Part shown: positions 38,249-52,789 of the stretch, in pieces
How positions within the stretch are numbered: the stretch's first letter is position 1
Layout of the letters: the number at the start of each line of letters is the position of its first letter
Assembly: GCF_006345805.1 (NCBI RefSeq)
Contig: NW_021836160.1
Coordinates: 1 to 64,000, forward strand
DNA: 64,000 nucleotides
Source: Octopus sinensis
Taxonomy: Eukaryota
Direction of reading: 5' to 3'
The notes under the pieces: generated by a model
The model's database searches: none
What the model saw: only the letters and a program-made list of their open reading frames with translations
What the model was told of the DNA's origin: nothing
Position numbers and translations under genes: made by a program

Positions 38249-38355
38249 ATATATGGATGTACACATTTATGCGTTTGCGTATACAAGCACAAACACACAC
38301 ATGCTTATATATTTAAACCTATCTATATCTATATTATCAATATACCATGTCTACC

Positions 38356-38423
<68 letters not shown>

Positions 38424-40596
38424 TATATATTATATATATATTATATATATATATATATATACCAATACATATCGATACACACACGCACACACACATGCAT
38501 AATATACACACGTACACACACATGCACACATACATACGCAAGCACAGTGTCACGCACCGACACACACATAGCACAGCCAGCTACCTTTCTCACACTGATG
38601 AGTACAGGTAGGTAGAAAATTCATATCTATATTTATTTTAACGCATATACACACATTTATTATCTCTCTGTCACACACACACACACACCACACACACACA
38701 CACACACACACTCTCACATACACTCACACATATATACATCCAGTATTTATATATTTTCCATGTATACTAGTCCTATAATTAATCAATAAACCAATTAAAA
38801 TATATTTGATGCGAAGGAAATAATCGATTTGCATGATGAAAATAATACGAACAATATTTTTGCTATTGGTGTTGTTGTTGTTTTTAGTTTTCACAACTAA
38901 GATAGAATTAGAATATTCTGGTAAAGTACAATTCAATACTTGATTATCGAAAAAAAATTATTTTTTTGTATACATATAATTTGTATGAATGGAGATAGTT
39001 TTCTGTATTAACAATATTGTTAGCGGAATATAAAATATATTGGAATTACATCTATAAAATATCATCCATTAATATTATATATGGAAATTGTGATTGAGCC
39101 GCCCAACAGAGCATGGTGCCGCCACTCATGGCTATGTGTACTTTTGTCAAAGCACAATGCCAGTTTCATAATTTACAAAAGAAAGTCGATTCTCTCTGGT
39201 AGCAGTAATATGCTGTGATCGATTTAATGAACTTGTTTCTGTTTCTGCCCCACTCCTCTACAACAGTAGATAAATAAATGAATAAATAAATAATTGGCTT
39301 CGATAAATCGATATTTTATGGAGAAATATTGAATACTTTCTTAGGGACAAGCTGTTCCAAGGTAAAAGAATATAAAAAAAATCATTAATTTCGCGCAATT
39401 ATCTTCTGGCGTTTCACACCTGACCCAATTTTAACATTGATAGATAAATATTTTATCAGTGAGGCCAAAGTGGATGGTGTGGCCTACTAGAAACAGCAAC
39501 CCCTCTCTCCCTCCCTCTGTTTTTCTCTCTCTGTTTCTCCTCTTCCCTCTCTTACACCCACTCTCTCTATTACTTTCCATTATACCATCTTAACATGAAA
39601 TGAAGGGAAAAGGGTGCCTTTAATCATAGTACTGATCCATGAGAGCTAGTCTGCGATAGGGCAACCTCAACAGTTATAGTCCTTCGCTGCATAATGTACT
39701 TCTGTAATGCTGCGCTTGGGTAGCCACGACTAAAACGTCTTCCGTTGTAGGTCTACTGATTAAAGCCTGGCTTGCAGCGAAACAGCAAGACCTCGTTACT
39801 TCAAATCGTATATTATCTTTTTATAAAGGAAATAAGCCAGGTGTTTTGAAAATAATGCGAGTTTTGGATATATTATACCAAACAAAGACGAGAAGATCAC
39901 TATTCAAGAGTTCCGTGCTGATATCTATTGGATCAGTTCTGATTTAGAGATAAACTACAAAAATGCTTCAATAGAGATGTAAGCACGATTAGAATGTCTA
40001 AGTGAAGTTATATAAAATGTTATAGATCAAACTGCCTACGTCAGGAATGTGCCCGTGCCATACGAACGACAGTCATCAAATCACAGTATCTCAAACGCCT
40101 GATAAAGCAGGTAGAAAGAAGTCACGTTAAAGTGGCTGTCAATGGAGGGGCATACATAGTGATGATGGCAAATGAAATACTGGGAAAAATTTAATCAGTT
40201 GTCAGTTTGCTGTAAATTATGTCTGGAGGCCTGAACATATTAGACGGTGAATTTGCAGAACCATTAGAGAGACGGAAAAAGTGATTTACTCTTTCTATGT
40301 TCAAATCCAGCGGACGTCATCTCTACTTTTCACCATCCAATATTATATCTGGCCTATTTGCATCTATCTGTCCGTCAATTTGAACGGCGAAGTTCCAGAG
40401 GAGTGAGATGTGCTCATTTTCAAGCACTGAAGGTGGTTTGTGTTCCCACCAGTTTTTATCATGGGGATGGTCTAAGTTTTTTCAAATTACCCAGTGAATA
40501 TACTGTGATGCTCTATCATGCCAGTTGAGGCACTCTGTAGGCGCAAGAAGACTGCACGTGGAGACATGATCGTTGGTTATTATTATTATTATTATT

Positions 40597-41150
40597 GAGT
40601 GAGCGAGCAGAGCATGCCATCAAAGTGACACTGGGGTAAAATATACGAAGCCCAGTATACCCATCATGACTACCCGTCTGATAAGGGTACACCAGGCACA
40701 TGCATCACAACCATATGTGCGCGACATGGTGATCTCATATCAAGATAAACAGCACATGACCTTGCAGGTGGAGCCCAGTTAGAATTTTCTTCAGATCGAG
40801 TAACCCATCCCGCTCAAAAGGTCCCTGAATAAGGGTTGTTTAAGGACGTTGAACGAAACACCCATGTTTCCAGAGGTGAATTATTCAAACCCCAAAGAAT
40901 CCCTCTCAACACATGGCTATGATGCTCCCCCACTACTTCTACTCGTGATCAGAGATGCACATATCGTCAGCCACTAAGGGACATGCTCAACTGGTTAAGG
41001 TCAAACAACTGACAAGCAAATCTGTGGTATTGAGCACAATATTTGCTGTAGCCCATCTTTTATACCAAGACAAAACAATGTACATGATAACACTTCCAAT
41101 CAGTTAAGATCAGAAGCCATGAGAGCCGCTGCCTGGTACTGCATCAGGGC
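40597..41150 (-). mobile_element. ~550-bp (ATT)n-flanked element, copy 3
   Basis: Colinear with 3431-3980, with ATT repeats on both sides. Confidence 0.88.
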
Positions 41151-41206
<56 letters not shown>

Positions 41207-41594
41207 TATTATTATTATTATTGTTGTTGTTGTTGTTGTTGTTGTTGTCTTTGTTATTATTATCACCATCGACAATTCAGTCTTCAGATCAGTCGTGGTT
41301 GTTTTTGTTTGTTCATATATATTTATGACTGTAAATCATTAAATTGTGCAATATTGTTAAGCGAGCCAGCATTTTAACTAATGGATTCTGCTTCATTAAA
41401 AAATGTGTCTCAGGCGTTGATCCGGTTCTGCCATCAAAAGTTCTTTAATCTCAACTTTGAATCATTCGTTTCTAGGCTAGCATTGCAATTTTTCTTTGTA
41501 TATTTTAACTTTTCAGTTTATCTAAGCGTTCATCATCTGGACCAATGGCTCTCAACCGGGGTCACTATGGCCCTTAAAAGGTAGGTAAAGTTAC

Positions 41595-41840
41595 ATTCTC
41601 GAGTCATGCCGACTTGTAAGAGCCGGTTTCCCGTTTTCTATGGCGTATAAATTCCTCACTTCTTGGACGGGACGCCAGTCAATGCAAGACCGACTCATTT
41701 TTGCAAGCTGAATGGACTGGAGCAATGTGGAATGAAGTGTTTTGTTCAAGAACACAAAGCATCGCCCGGTCCAGGATTCGAAGTCACAATCTTATGATCA
41801 TGAGTGCAACATCCTAACCACTAAGCCACGCACCTCCACT
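41595..41840 (-). mobile_element. SINE family D
   Basis: Reverse complement of GTGGAGGTGCGTGGCTTAGTGGTTAGG...GTTCTTGAACAAAACACTTC. Confidence 0.85.
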
Positions 41841-41971
41841 AATATGGCACTTTGGAATCCATATACGATTTTGTTGTTAAAATTTATGTGCAATAAATTG
41901 CTTATGCTTCTATAACACACAATTCATTAAACATTTTTAAAATCCAATTTCTAATAATATTTAACTATAAT

Positions 41972-42170
41972 TAAGGTGGTGAGTTGGCAGAATGGTTATT
42001 ACGCTGGGCAGAATGGTTAGCGCTATTATTTACGTTCTGAATTCGAAATCTGCCGAGGTCGTCTTTGCCTTTTATCCTTTTGCGTTCGATAAAGTAAGTA
42101 CCAGTTGAACACTGGGGTCGATGTAATCGACTTAATCCTTCCCATGCCGTGTACCAAAATGTGAAACTGA
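41972..42170 (+). mobile_element. SINE family B, diverged
   Basis: Family B head and central domain. Confidence 0.75.
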
Positions 42171-42892
42171 TATTTAGCTATAAAAATACAGTAGAATTAT
42201 TTGATGTTCACCGAATGATTATGGGGTTCCCCAGAGTAAAATAAAAATGAAAGTTGTCCATAGACAAAAAAAAATAAAACGAAATGGTTGGGAATCATTG
42301 ATTTGTAAGGTTCTCTTACGATTGAGTTATCATAGCATTCTGTAATTCCATTTTTAACGTCCTAGAATTATCGTACTAAGACTATAGTACTGAAGCTATT
42401 CTACTAAAATATCTATCGTTTATTTTTCTCTTCAAATCGTCAGACATTACGGCTCTGTTTTATGTTTGTTGGCTCTCCTGAATACAGAAATCGTTTTCTT
42501 TTTCATTTGTTCGTATTCTGCCCAGACTGTGTCGTGTAGTTTCGCTGAATGAAGATCACACGCTGACTGAAGACCAATACTCTCAACCTCACATCCGCCA
42601 TTCTGCTACCCATGACTTCGCCGTGACTCCGGCCCAGGGACTTTTCGCGGTTGAGGTTTTCCATAATTCTTCACGAGATATTCTTGTAGTCCTCGTTTGG
42701 CGTTTTATAATTGTTTTCTAGTTGAGTATAAACTCCTGCTTCTCTATATCCGGTAAATATAATCTTTGTAACATTTTGTATAGTGTATTCTACTGGTCGT
42801 CAATGTTTCTTCTTTTCTATCTTAATTTTTTTTAACCTATTCGGTTGCATATATTAGTTTTTTTAACCATTCGGTTGCATATATTAGTTCCA

Positions 42893-43085
42893 AATTTTGG
42901 TTCAAAGCCAGCAATTTTGAGGAGGGGGTGGTGGCTAAGTCGATTTCATCGGCAGCAGTACACAACTGGTATTTATTTTATCGACCTCGAAAAGATGAAA
43001 AGTGAAACTGACTCCGTCTGAATTTGAACCCAGTACGTAAGGGCGGACGAAATGCCGCAAAGCATTTTGTCTGGTGTCCTAATTA
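42893..43085 (-). mobile_element. SINE family B, diverged
   Basis: TTTTATCGACCTCGAAAAGATGAAAAG...AATTTGAACC. Confidence 0.7.
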
Positions 43086-43277
43086 TACTATCATCATTAT
43101 TAAGATGACTTATAGCAATCATTTACGTCCGTGTATGTTCTGATTCTGACTTGGCTTTACAACGTTCAGGGTTTCATAAAACATGTCAAAATAAAACCAC
43201 AGAGGTAAATTACGTCGACTAAACACCACCTCGTTACACAAATATATGGTTTTCTACACATCCATATTACCATGAAT

Positions 43278-43312
<35 letters not shown>

Positions 43313-43336
43313 TCATTATTATTATTATTATTATTA

Positions 43337-43368
<32 letters not shown>

Positions 43369-43784
43369 CGTTCCTTAGTATAAAGCGAAAATGTTCCTGT
43401 TCTGGTATTTTTTCATATTTACAATTGCTCTTTTTCTTCTTTTTTTTTTGATTTTCTGTTTCCTCAATCTCCTATTTATTCTTTTTTCTTTTTTCATTCT
43501 TTTTGTCTTTTTTTTTTTGCAATTTCATGCCTAATTATATACCAATAAACTACTTTATTCAAGGCTATAAGCAGAAAGTAATATCGTAAACCTTACCCTT
43601 ACCAACAATAACAAAATAAAAACAAAACAAAATAACTCCCGATACATAAACAATAACAGCAACAGCAAAAACCCAGCCTGCAACTCCCCCCCCCAAAAAA
43701 AATGAATAAAAATAAATCAGCAACGGCATCAGCAGCAACAGCAGCAGCAAATCCATTTTTACCACGACTACGACGACGGCCTCC

Positions 43785-43816
<32 letters not shown>

Positions 43817-44129
43817 CAATTCCTGTGATTATGAACAACAACTACAACAGCTACAACAGATAACAACAATCATAATATAACATTACTAACATTATCACCG
43901 CCATTATTTTTCAACCCTCCCACCTCCGAGCCCCCACTGCCACCACAGCAACCACCACTAATATACCACCACCACCGCCGCCGCCGCCATCATCACACTG
44001 CCACCCGAAAACTAGAACACAAGCCAAAATTTTTTTTAAAAATGGGGGGAAGGGGAGAAAATAAAAAAAGGGAAAATTAATAAACGAAGATAAACAAGAA
44101 TTACCATAACAACAATAGCAACAACAAAA

Positions 44130-44144
44130 ATAATTATGACGATA

Positions 44145-44177
<33 letters not shown>

Positions 44178-44189
44178 TTAATAATAATA

Positions 44190-44220
<31 letters not shown>

Positions 44221-44282
44221 TAATGATGATGATGATAATAATAATAATAATAATATATAATAATAATAATAATAATAATAAC

Positions 44283-44324
<42 letters not shown>

Positions 44325-44334
44325 AATAATAATG

Positions 44335-44375
<41 letters not shown>

Positions 44376-44598
44376 AATAATAATAATGATGATAATAATA
44401 ATAATAATAATAATGATGATGATAATGATGACAATAATAATAATAATAATAATAATAGTAATGATAATAATAATAATAATAATGATAATAATAATAATAA
44501 TAACAACAACAACAACAATAATGATTGTAAGAATAACAACGGCAACACCAACAACAGCAACAATAATGGCAGCATCAATATCTTTAAAAATAATAATG

Positions 44599-44693
<95 letters not shown>

Positions 44694-44750
44694 TAATAAT
44701 ATAATAATATAATAACAACAACAATAACAACAATAAACAACAACAGCAAC
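44130..44750. repeat. (AAT/GAT/AAC)n microsatellite
   Basis: Direct reading. Confidence 0.95.
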
Positions 44751-45208
44751 AAAAAGACTGGCGAGAACGAATTGTATTGTTTATATTGCTTCCATGCGCA
44801 AACTCCATTCTCTTGGTTAATCAATTAGCTTCTACTGAATTTTGGATCATAACCAAAATAGAATCATTACTTCATCGTTATTACAAAACACAAATTTTCT
44901 GCTGCTTCTTATATAAGAACACAAACAAACAAACAAACAAACAAGCAAACTAACAAACAAAAAATAATAATAAAGAAAAAAAATTAAAAACAAAAAAAAT
45001 CCATTATGAATTTATTTTAATTTTTACGTTTTATCTATTGGCGTTTTCTGTTATATATATATATATATACTTTCATTTTCTAATCTAGGTTTAATATTTT
45101 TTCGGTTATAAAATAATTTCTTTTTTATTATTGTTTTCTGTACAAATAATTTTTGCTGTTGTATTTCTCTATTAGCATAACTAAGTATACTTTCCTATAA
45201 AAATGGCT

Positions 45209-45241
<33 letters not shown>

Positions 45242-45384
45242 GTGTGTGTGTGTATATGTGGTGTGTGTGTGTGTGTATGTATGTATCTATCTATAATTTA
45301 GGACAAACAGTAAGTTGTCATAATAGTACTCGGAGTTTCGAATGCTGGAGCGAAGAGCTACGATGCATTCTCGACGGCTATTAA

Positions 45385-45540
45385 TGGTTCTGTGTTAAGT
45401 AGCCTTGCTTACCAACCACGTGGTTCCGAGTTCAGTCCCACTGTGTGGATCTTTGGGCATGTGTCTTCTACCATAATCTCGGGCGACCAAGGTCTTGTGA
45501 GTAGATTTGGTAGACGGAAACTGAAGAAGCCATATCTATG
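45385..45540 (+). mobile_element. SINE family A head
   Basis: Matches the family A 5' part. Confidence 0.8.
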
Positions 45541-45572
45541 TATGTATGTATGTATGTATGTATGTATATATT

Positions 45573-45631
<59 letters not shown>

Positions 45632-45728
45632 CATATATATGTCTGTTTATCTGTATTCTCCGCGAAACTTCGAGTACTATAATGACAAGCTTCTGTTTGT
45701 CCTATATTATACATATATAAATAAACCA

Positions 45729-46133
45729 CTCTCTTTACTCTTTACTCTTTTAGTTGTTTCAGTCATTTGACTGCGGCCATGCTGGAGCACCGCCTTTAGT
45801 CGAGCAAATCGACCCCGGAACTTATTCTTTGTAAGCCCAGTACTTATTCTATCGGTCTCTTTTGCCGAACCGCTAAGTGACGGGGACGTAAACACACCAG
45901 CATCGGTTGTTAGGCAATGCTAGGGGGACAAACACAGACGCACAAACACATATATATATATACATATATACGACAGGCTTCTTTCAGTTTCCGTCTACCA
46001 AATCCACTCACAAGGCATTGGTCGGCCTGGGGCTATAGCAGAAGACACTTGCCCAAGATTCCACGCAGTGGGACTGAACCCGGAACTATGTGGTTGGTTA
46101 GCAAGCTACTTACCACACAGCCACTCCTGCGCC
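45729..46133 (-). mobile_element. SINE family A, full length
   Basis: Reverse complement of family A. Confidence 0.92.
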
Positions 46134-46175
46134 TAATTTATTTACCTAATATCGATGCCTCATTCTTTTGTTGAC

Positions 46176-46226
<51 letters not shown>

Positions 46227-46236
46227 TATATATATA

Positions 46237-46394
46237 TAACAGGCTTCTTTCAGTTTCCGTTTTCCAAATCCACTCACAAGGCTTTGGTCGGCCGTAGCTA
46301 TAGTAGAATACACTTGCCCAAGGTGTCACGCAGTGGGACTAAACCCGGAAAAACGTGGCTGGTAAGCAAGCTACGTAACATACAGCAACTCCTG

Positions 46395-46400
<6 letters not shown>
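46237..46400 (-). mobile_element. SINE family A head
   Basis: Reverse complement of the family A 5' part. Confidence 0.85.
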
Positions 46401-46445
<45 letters not shown>

Positions 46446-47189
46446 GGCGGGAGAGAGAGAGAAACATTGAATTTTAAATTTTTTCAGTCATCCAGCTCCA
46501 AGTGGTAACACTGAGATTATAGAATTCTATAGCTTTTCTGAGTAGCTAAAGTGAGTACACGGATAGCTAATTCTATCAACTGGTTGTAATCCGCTAATTG
46601 GATTGGTTGAACCTAGACTGATCATTAACTGAAGAGGCTCTTCTGCCTAGACTGTGTCGTATAGGGGACTGTTCTTCATCGAATGACCTACAGTACACTT
46701 AACTTCACATGTGCCATTATAGTGATATTTATCAGTTATAACGAAAATATATCATTTATGCAGGGCGATTAGCGGAGAGCTCAATAAAACTAAAAGAAAT
46801 CCATCTAGCTCAGCACGGCTGTAGAGTACAAATAACCCACCGTGTAACCTAAGTACTGAGCTTCTGGAAACCTAACCGCCAGGTTTATTCCTGAGACTTA
46901 AAGCATATTATCCCATCGATTCCATATTCCTTATCTTCCGTGTAACAGGGCAGTCAAGAAAAATTATTGTCATGTTTCGGAACTCTATATTACAACGCTT
47001 CCGTAACACTGGGTGTCCCTGTACATATATAACCCACCCTATATTTTTACTCACCCCCACGTCACTAATTTGATCAAAATTCCTAGTCAAGAGCTCGTTT
47101 GGGTAGTTCTACTGCACTGATCGTATTCTCCTCATATAACACCTTCAGATTGTTGCTTTTCTTTTTCAGTCTTTTTTTGCTTCTTTTTG

Positions 47190-47432
47190 CTGCACTCCAA
47201 AGGTCTACGAGGCAATTTGTTCAACTACGACGTGGAGCTGAAAACGTCGCTCATCCAATTCTTTGAGACGAGACCCGGTGATTTCTACTGTCAGAGCATT
47301 GACAAATTAGTGGAACATTGGCAAAATGTTGTGAATTACGAAGAAGCAGACGACATTATTAAAATAGCTGATGAAAAATAAAGATGAAAATAAATCGAAA
47401 AAATATCGAACGAATTTATTTCATAATCCAAT
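47190..47432 (+). mobile_element. Mariner transposon 3' end (transposase C-terminus plus TIR remnant)
   Basis: LRGNLFNYDVELKTSLIQFFETRPGDFYCQSIDKLVEHWQNVVN resembles mariner C-termini. Ends in ...CATAATCCAATA, like a mariner TIR. Confidence 0.75.
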
Positions 47433-47524
47433 ATTTTGTATCTTAAAATTACGCTGCTTCATCTTATTTTGTAGTTTGTATGCTCTTAGATATACGTATA
47501 CATGTTATTATATTTTTTCTCTGA

Positions 47525-48170
47525 AGACGGCGAGCTGGCAGAATCGTTAGCACGCCGGGCGAATAGCTTAGCGGGATTTCGTCTGCCGCTACCTTCTGAG
47601 TTCAAATTCCGCCGAGGTCGACTTTGCCTTTCATCCTTTCGGGGGTGAATTAAATAAGTACCAGTTACGCACTGTGGTCGATATAATCGATTTAATCCGT
47701 TTGTCTGTCCTTGTTAGTCCTCTCAATGTGTAGCTCCTTGTGGGCAGTAAAGATATAAGAAAGCATTATAAGGCGGCGAGCTGGTAGAAAAGTTAGCACG
47801 CCGGGCGAAATGCTTAGCAGTATTTCGTCTGCGGTTACGTTCTGAGTTCAAATTCCGCCGAGGTCAACTTTGCCTTTTATCTTTTCGGGGTCGATTAAAT
47901 AAGTACCAGTTATGCATTGGTGTTGATATAATCGACTTAATCCGTTTGTCTGTCCTTGTTTGTTTCCTCTGTGTTTAGCTCCTTATGGGTAGTAAAGAAA
48001 TAGGCATTTCGTCTGCCACTACGCTCTGAGTTCAAATTCCGCAGAGGCCAACTTTTCCTTTCGGAGTCGATAAGTTAAATACCAGTGAACCACTTGGGGT
48101 TAAGGTAATCGACTAGTCTCCTACACCACCCCAAATTTCAGGCCTAGTGCCGAGAGTAAAAAAGATTATT
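47525..48170 (+). mobile_element. Head-to-tail chain of three SINE family B units
   Basis: Units start at ~47525, ~47770 and ~48003 (third unit 5'-truncated). Confidence 0.88.
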
Positions 48171-48483
48171 ATTATTTACGTTATTACTGCAAACTGTTCT
48201 GATAAGAATTTACAAAAATTTCAAATTACATTAATGTTGTTGATTCTGGTTATTTGAATTGTTTTTTTTTCTTTTACTTTCTCAATTATTCGACTGCGGC
48301 CAAACTGGGGTATCGCCTTGTAGGTTTTATTGGAACAAGTCATCTCTAGCATGTATTGACCCATTTTCCCAAACCAGTGTTATGAGGACTCAAATCAACA
48401 GCAGTTGTGAAACATAGAACACACATACATACACACACACACACTACATCGATTCGTCCATTCATACATATATACATATACAT

Positions 48484-48521
<38 letters not shown>

Positions 48522-48571
48522 GTGTGTGTATGTATACATATATACATATATATATATGTGTGTGTGTATGT

Positions 48572-48602
<31 letters not shown>

Positions 48603-48797
48603 TACTCGTGTATATATGCATATATATGTATACATATATATATATGTATATATATATATATATGTATGTATGCATATATATATGTATATATATATGTATA
48701 TATATACACGTGTATATGCATATATATATATATATGTATGTATGTATATATATATGTATATATATATATATATGTATATAATATACACGTGTATATA

Positions 48798-48866
<69 letters not shown>

Positions 48867-49359
48867 ATAAATGAAAGACGGAAGATGAATATTCGAGAAT
48901 TTTTATTTATCGCTATAAGTGTTTTAACACATCTAGCATCGGTCCCTGATGGATGGGATATTTGACAATTGGTTCAGGAGCATTCATACACACACACACA
49001 TACACACACAATCATCACTTACAGTGACTAAGAGCCCAAGTCAACGCCAGAATTGCTACAAATAAAAATCAAAATAACTCTTAGCCACGAACAGAGCATT
49101 TTCTGTTCAACTGAGCACTTTCTATTCCCTGACAAGGGAGATAACCCCATTACAGCAAACGAAGGCATCAGATCGCCCAGCATATTTCCGATAGAGTTAA
49201 TCCTCAATGGTGACGCTACTCAATTGACGATGGATAAGCTAAATCGACTTGTCAGTTTATAGAATTTACCAGACAAATCAATGGTTGTTTCAGTAAAATG
49301 GTAAAGTGACATTTATAAAATTATTTAAGTGGCTAAAGTGTTAATACCTATTATCTTGT

Positions 49360-49373
49360 TTTTAGCATTGAGT

Positions 49374-49444
<71 letters not shown>

Positions 49445-49500
49445 CATAATAATCGATTCTCTATAAAAATAAAAAGAATCGATTATTATTATTATTATTA

Positions 49501-49579
<79 letters not shown>

Positions 49580-49589
49580 GTTGTTGTTG

Positions 49590-49663
<74 letters not shown>

Positions 49664-49690
49664 GTTGTTGTTGTTGTTGTTGTTAGCGTT
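49360..49690. repeat. (AAT)n/(ATT)n/(GTT)n microsatellite complex
   Basis: Direct reading. Confidence 0.9.
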
Positions 49691-50098
49691 CAGGTCACTG
49701 TTTGGAATCGAATTCGGAATCTTTGGGTTAGTAGCAATTTTTTTAGCGTATTTTTGTTTGAATAGTTTATACCACTTCATTTGATAGCGCTGTGTATCTA
49801 ACGAGTAAAACTGGGAGGACACGGTTTTTTGTAGGCGCAGTAATGGTGCTTTTATTCAACGCTCTCTGACTGAGAGAACGTGCCGTGAAACTCTAAGTAG
49901 GAACAGATAAAATCATCAAATATATTCCAATAATATCTGCAGTAATGTACTAACTACACTTTGAAAACAAACATACGAACACATACGCGCGCGCGCGAAG
50001 CATATATTTATGCATTTAAGCGAAGTACATGTGCACTTACGAATATATTGGTGAAATATATATTTCTCTCCATATTTGCATTTCCCCCTCTCTCTCAG

Positions 50099-50153
<55 letters not shown>

Positions 50154-50207
50154 ACAAAGACACACACACATACACACACACACACTCGCACACATATATA
50201 TATATTA

Positions 50208-50239
<32 letters not shown>

Positions 50240-50312
50240 GTATATATATGTGTGTGTATATGTATGTATATGCATATATGTCGTATCTTTGCCTTTCTCC
50301 CACTTTCTCACT

Positions 50313-50365
<53 letters not shown>

Positions 50366-50588
50366 GATATGTGTATATGTGTATGTATATATCTGTGCGT
50401 GAGTGTGTATGTGTGATTATATATATATATATATAACACATGTAACCCACCATCCCTTTCTTTCACTCCCTCTCTCTCTGTCTATACACACACATATATA
50501 TATACAGATATATAGATATAGATATATATGTCTATATGTGTATGTATATATCTGTGTGTGAGTGTGTATATATATATATATATATTAT

Positions 50589-50623
<35 letters not shown>

Positions 50624-50964
50624 ACACATGTAACCCACCATCCCTCTCATTCATTCTCTCTCTCTCTCTCTATCTATCTCCACACACACACACACACGCA
50701 TATTAGTATGTGCGTATATACGAGTGTGTGAAAATATAGGTCTGCGTATAATGTGTTTAGAAACGTTTGCTTCTTCCTGCATGTTTCCCCGCTCTGCTGC
50801 TATGAATTACCAAACATGATTTCGGTGTGCTTTTGCTCTTTGTGTGCTTTTATGATTTCGCTTCCATTCCTCTAACGTTAAATAGTATAATTATATTTTT
50901 ATAGCTTTCAGAATATTGACTGAACCTCTCTGAACACACACATACACACACAGTCACACACACA

Positions 50965-51007
<43 letters not shown>

Positions 51008-51096
51008 ATACATGTACATATGTACTCATATATATTCTAACATAAATACGGAGATATATATGTATATATATACATATACATACGTACGTACATACA

Positions 51097-51157
<61 letters not shown>

Positions 51158-51238
51158 TGTGTGTTCCTATGCATGTATATGTGAGCATGTATGCATATAT
51201 ATATACATATATATAATGTATATATATGTACCACGCAC

Positions 51239-51270
<32 letters not shown>

Positions 51271-52224
51271 ATTTATATATATATACATGATATGATATGC
51301 AAATATGTACATGTATTTATGTATTCACACATATATTTGTGTATATACACACATGCTTAGTACATATGTACTCATATATATGAATTATCCTTTGTCTTTT
51401 ATCTTTCGCTTATTTTTGCCATATCGCGGCTCACTCAATATTTCGCGGTTCACCTATCGCGCATTGAGTACATCGCGAATTTTTCTGGTTAATATATGTA
51501 AATATATATATCGCGGATTCCTTAGTATCTTCACTCCTTGTTATGCGATAACACTGCAAACTATAATCTAGAACAGTTATAACTGCCTCTGGCATGTATC
51601 TCGTATAGTACTTTTACAATACAGTTGGTGACAGTAACTTCGAACTTTTGCCCTACGATCATTTTATCGGATTGTGGGTAGCAGGCCAAAACTTCGAAGA
51701 CACTGACACCTCTGTCTTGAAAATTCAATAAAAATGTACTCTAAAAAATAGTAATGTGTAATTTATATCTATTAAGTGATAAAATCATGGAACACCTGTA
51801 ATAAGAACTCCGAGTTTCTCGTTAGCAATTAAATTTTTTACAGCCTCGGTGCAAACTGGGCAGGCGCCACCCTAAACACACTGGATCTTTCATCGTTCAA
51901 GAAGAACAACTCTGCTAGGATTGATTATAAGTTATTGCGGAAGCAGATCCTTATACGTTCGTCTATGTCTCACATTAAAATAAATTACAATAAATGAAAT
52001 AAAGTAGTAAAATAAAAAATAAAAATAAAAATCAGAAAATTAGCAATAAAAAGATTTAAAGACTGCAAAATCACAAAGTTTAAATTTTAAAAAATTAAAA
52101 TCGAAACTTTATATATATAAAAAATAATTTTAAAATTGTTTGAAATTTAAAATAAAAGAATTTCATTTTTAATATTTTTAGTTTTCACAAATATCTCTTA
52201 TATTTGATACGTTAACTTGCAATT

Positions 52225-52482
52225 AAAAAAATAAATGCGCCCTTTTAAAGCCTAGCTAAGCTCATGGGCCCGATTTCCCGGTTTCTATGGCGTATGTGTT
52301 CCCCTGCTGGACGGGACGCCAGTCTATCGCAGCATTACTCATTTTTGCCAGTTGAGTGAACTGGAGCAACGTGAAATGAAGTGTTTTGCTCAAGAACACA
52401 ACGCGTCGCCCGGTCCAAGAATCGAAACCACAATCTTACGATCATGATGCGGACACCCTAACCAATAAGCCACGCGCTTCCA
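52225..52482 (-). mobile_element. SINE family D
   Basis: Reverse complement of GGAAGCGCGTGGCTTATTGGTTAGGG...GTTCTTGAGCAAAACACTTC. Confidence 0.88.
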
Positions 52483-52789
52483 ATCTGCAATTTGAAATCA
52501 ATAAATTATTGTTCAATTTTTGAAAATTTTCAATGCTTTACTTTGTTGCGTCTGCACTGTAGTAGAAAGTAGAAGCAAACATCGGCTGTTATCGTAATTC
52601 CTTAAACACTATACGTTAATGAAAAAATATACCAAATTCTGTTTTCTAAATCCATTTTTCTCACTGATAAAGGTACACGTGTCTTTGCTATTTGCTTCAC
52701 GTCATACAAAGTAGATGTATTGCAATACGCGTACAAGAAACTCGATTCTGTATCAAACATCTAATGTACGAAGAATTAGTTTCAATATT

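Noticed and set aside
39840-40190. Open frames faintly resembling a piggyBac C-terminus or two exons
   Set aside because: Similarity is too weak, and the implied 47-nt intron and stop codons are unconvincing.
49020-49060. 33-nt minus-strand microexon with GTAAGT donor
   Set aside because: Isolated signal with no corroboration.
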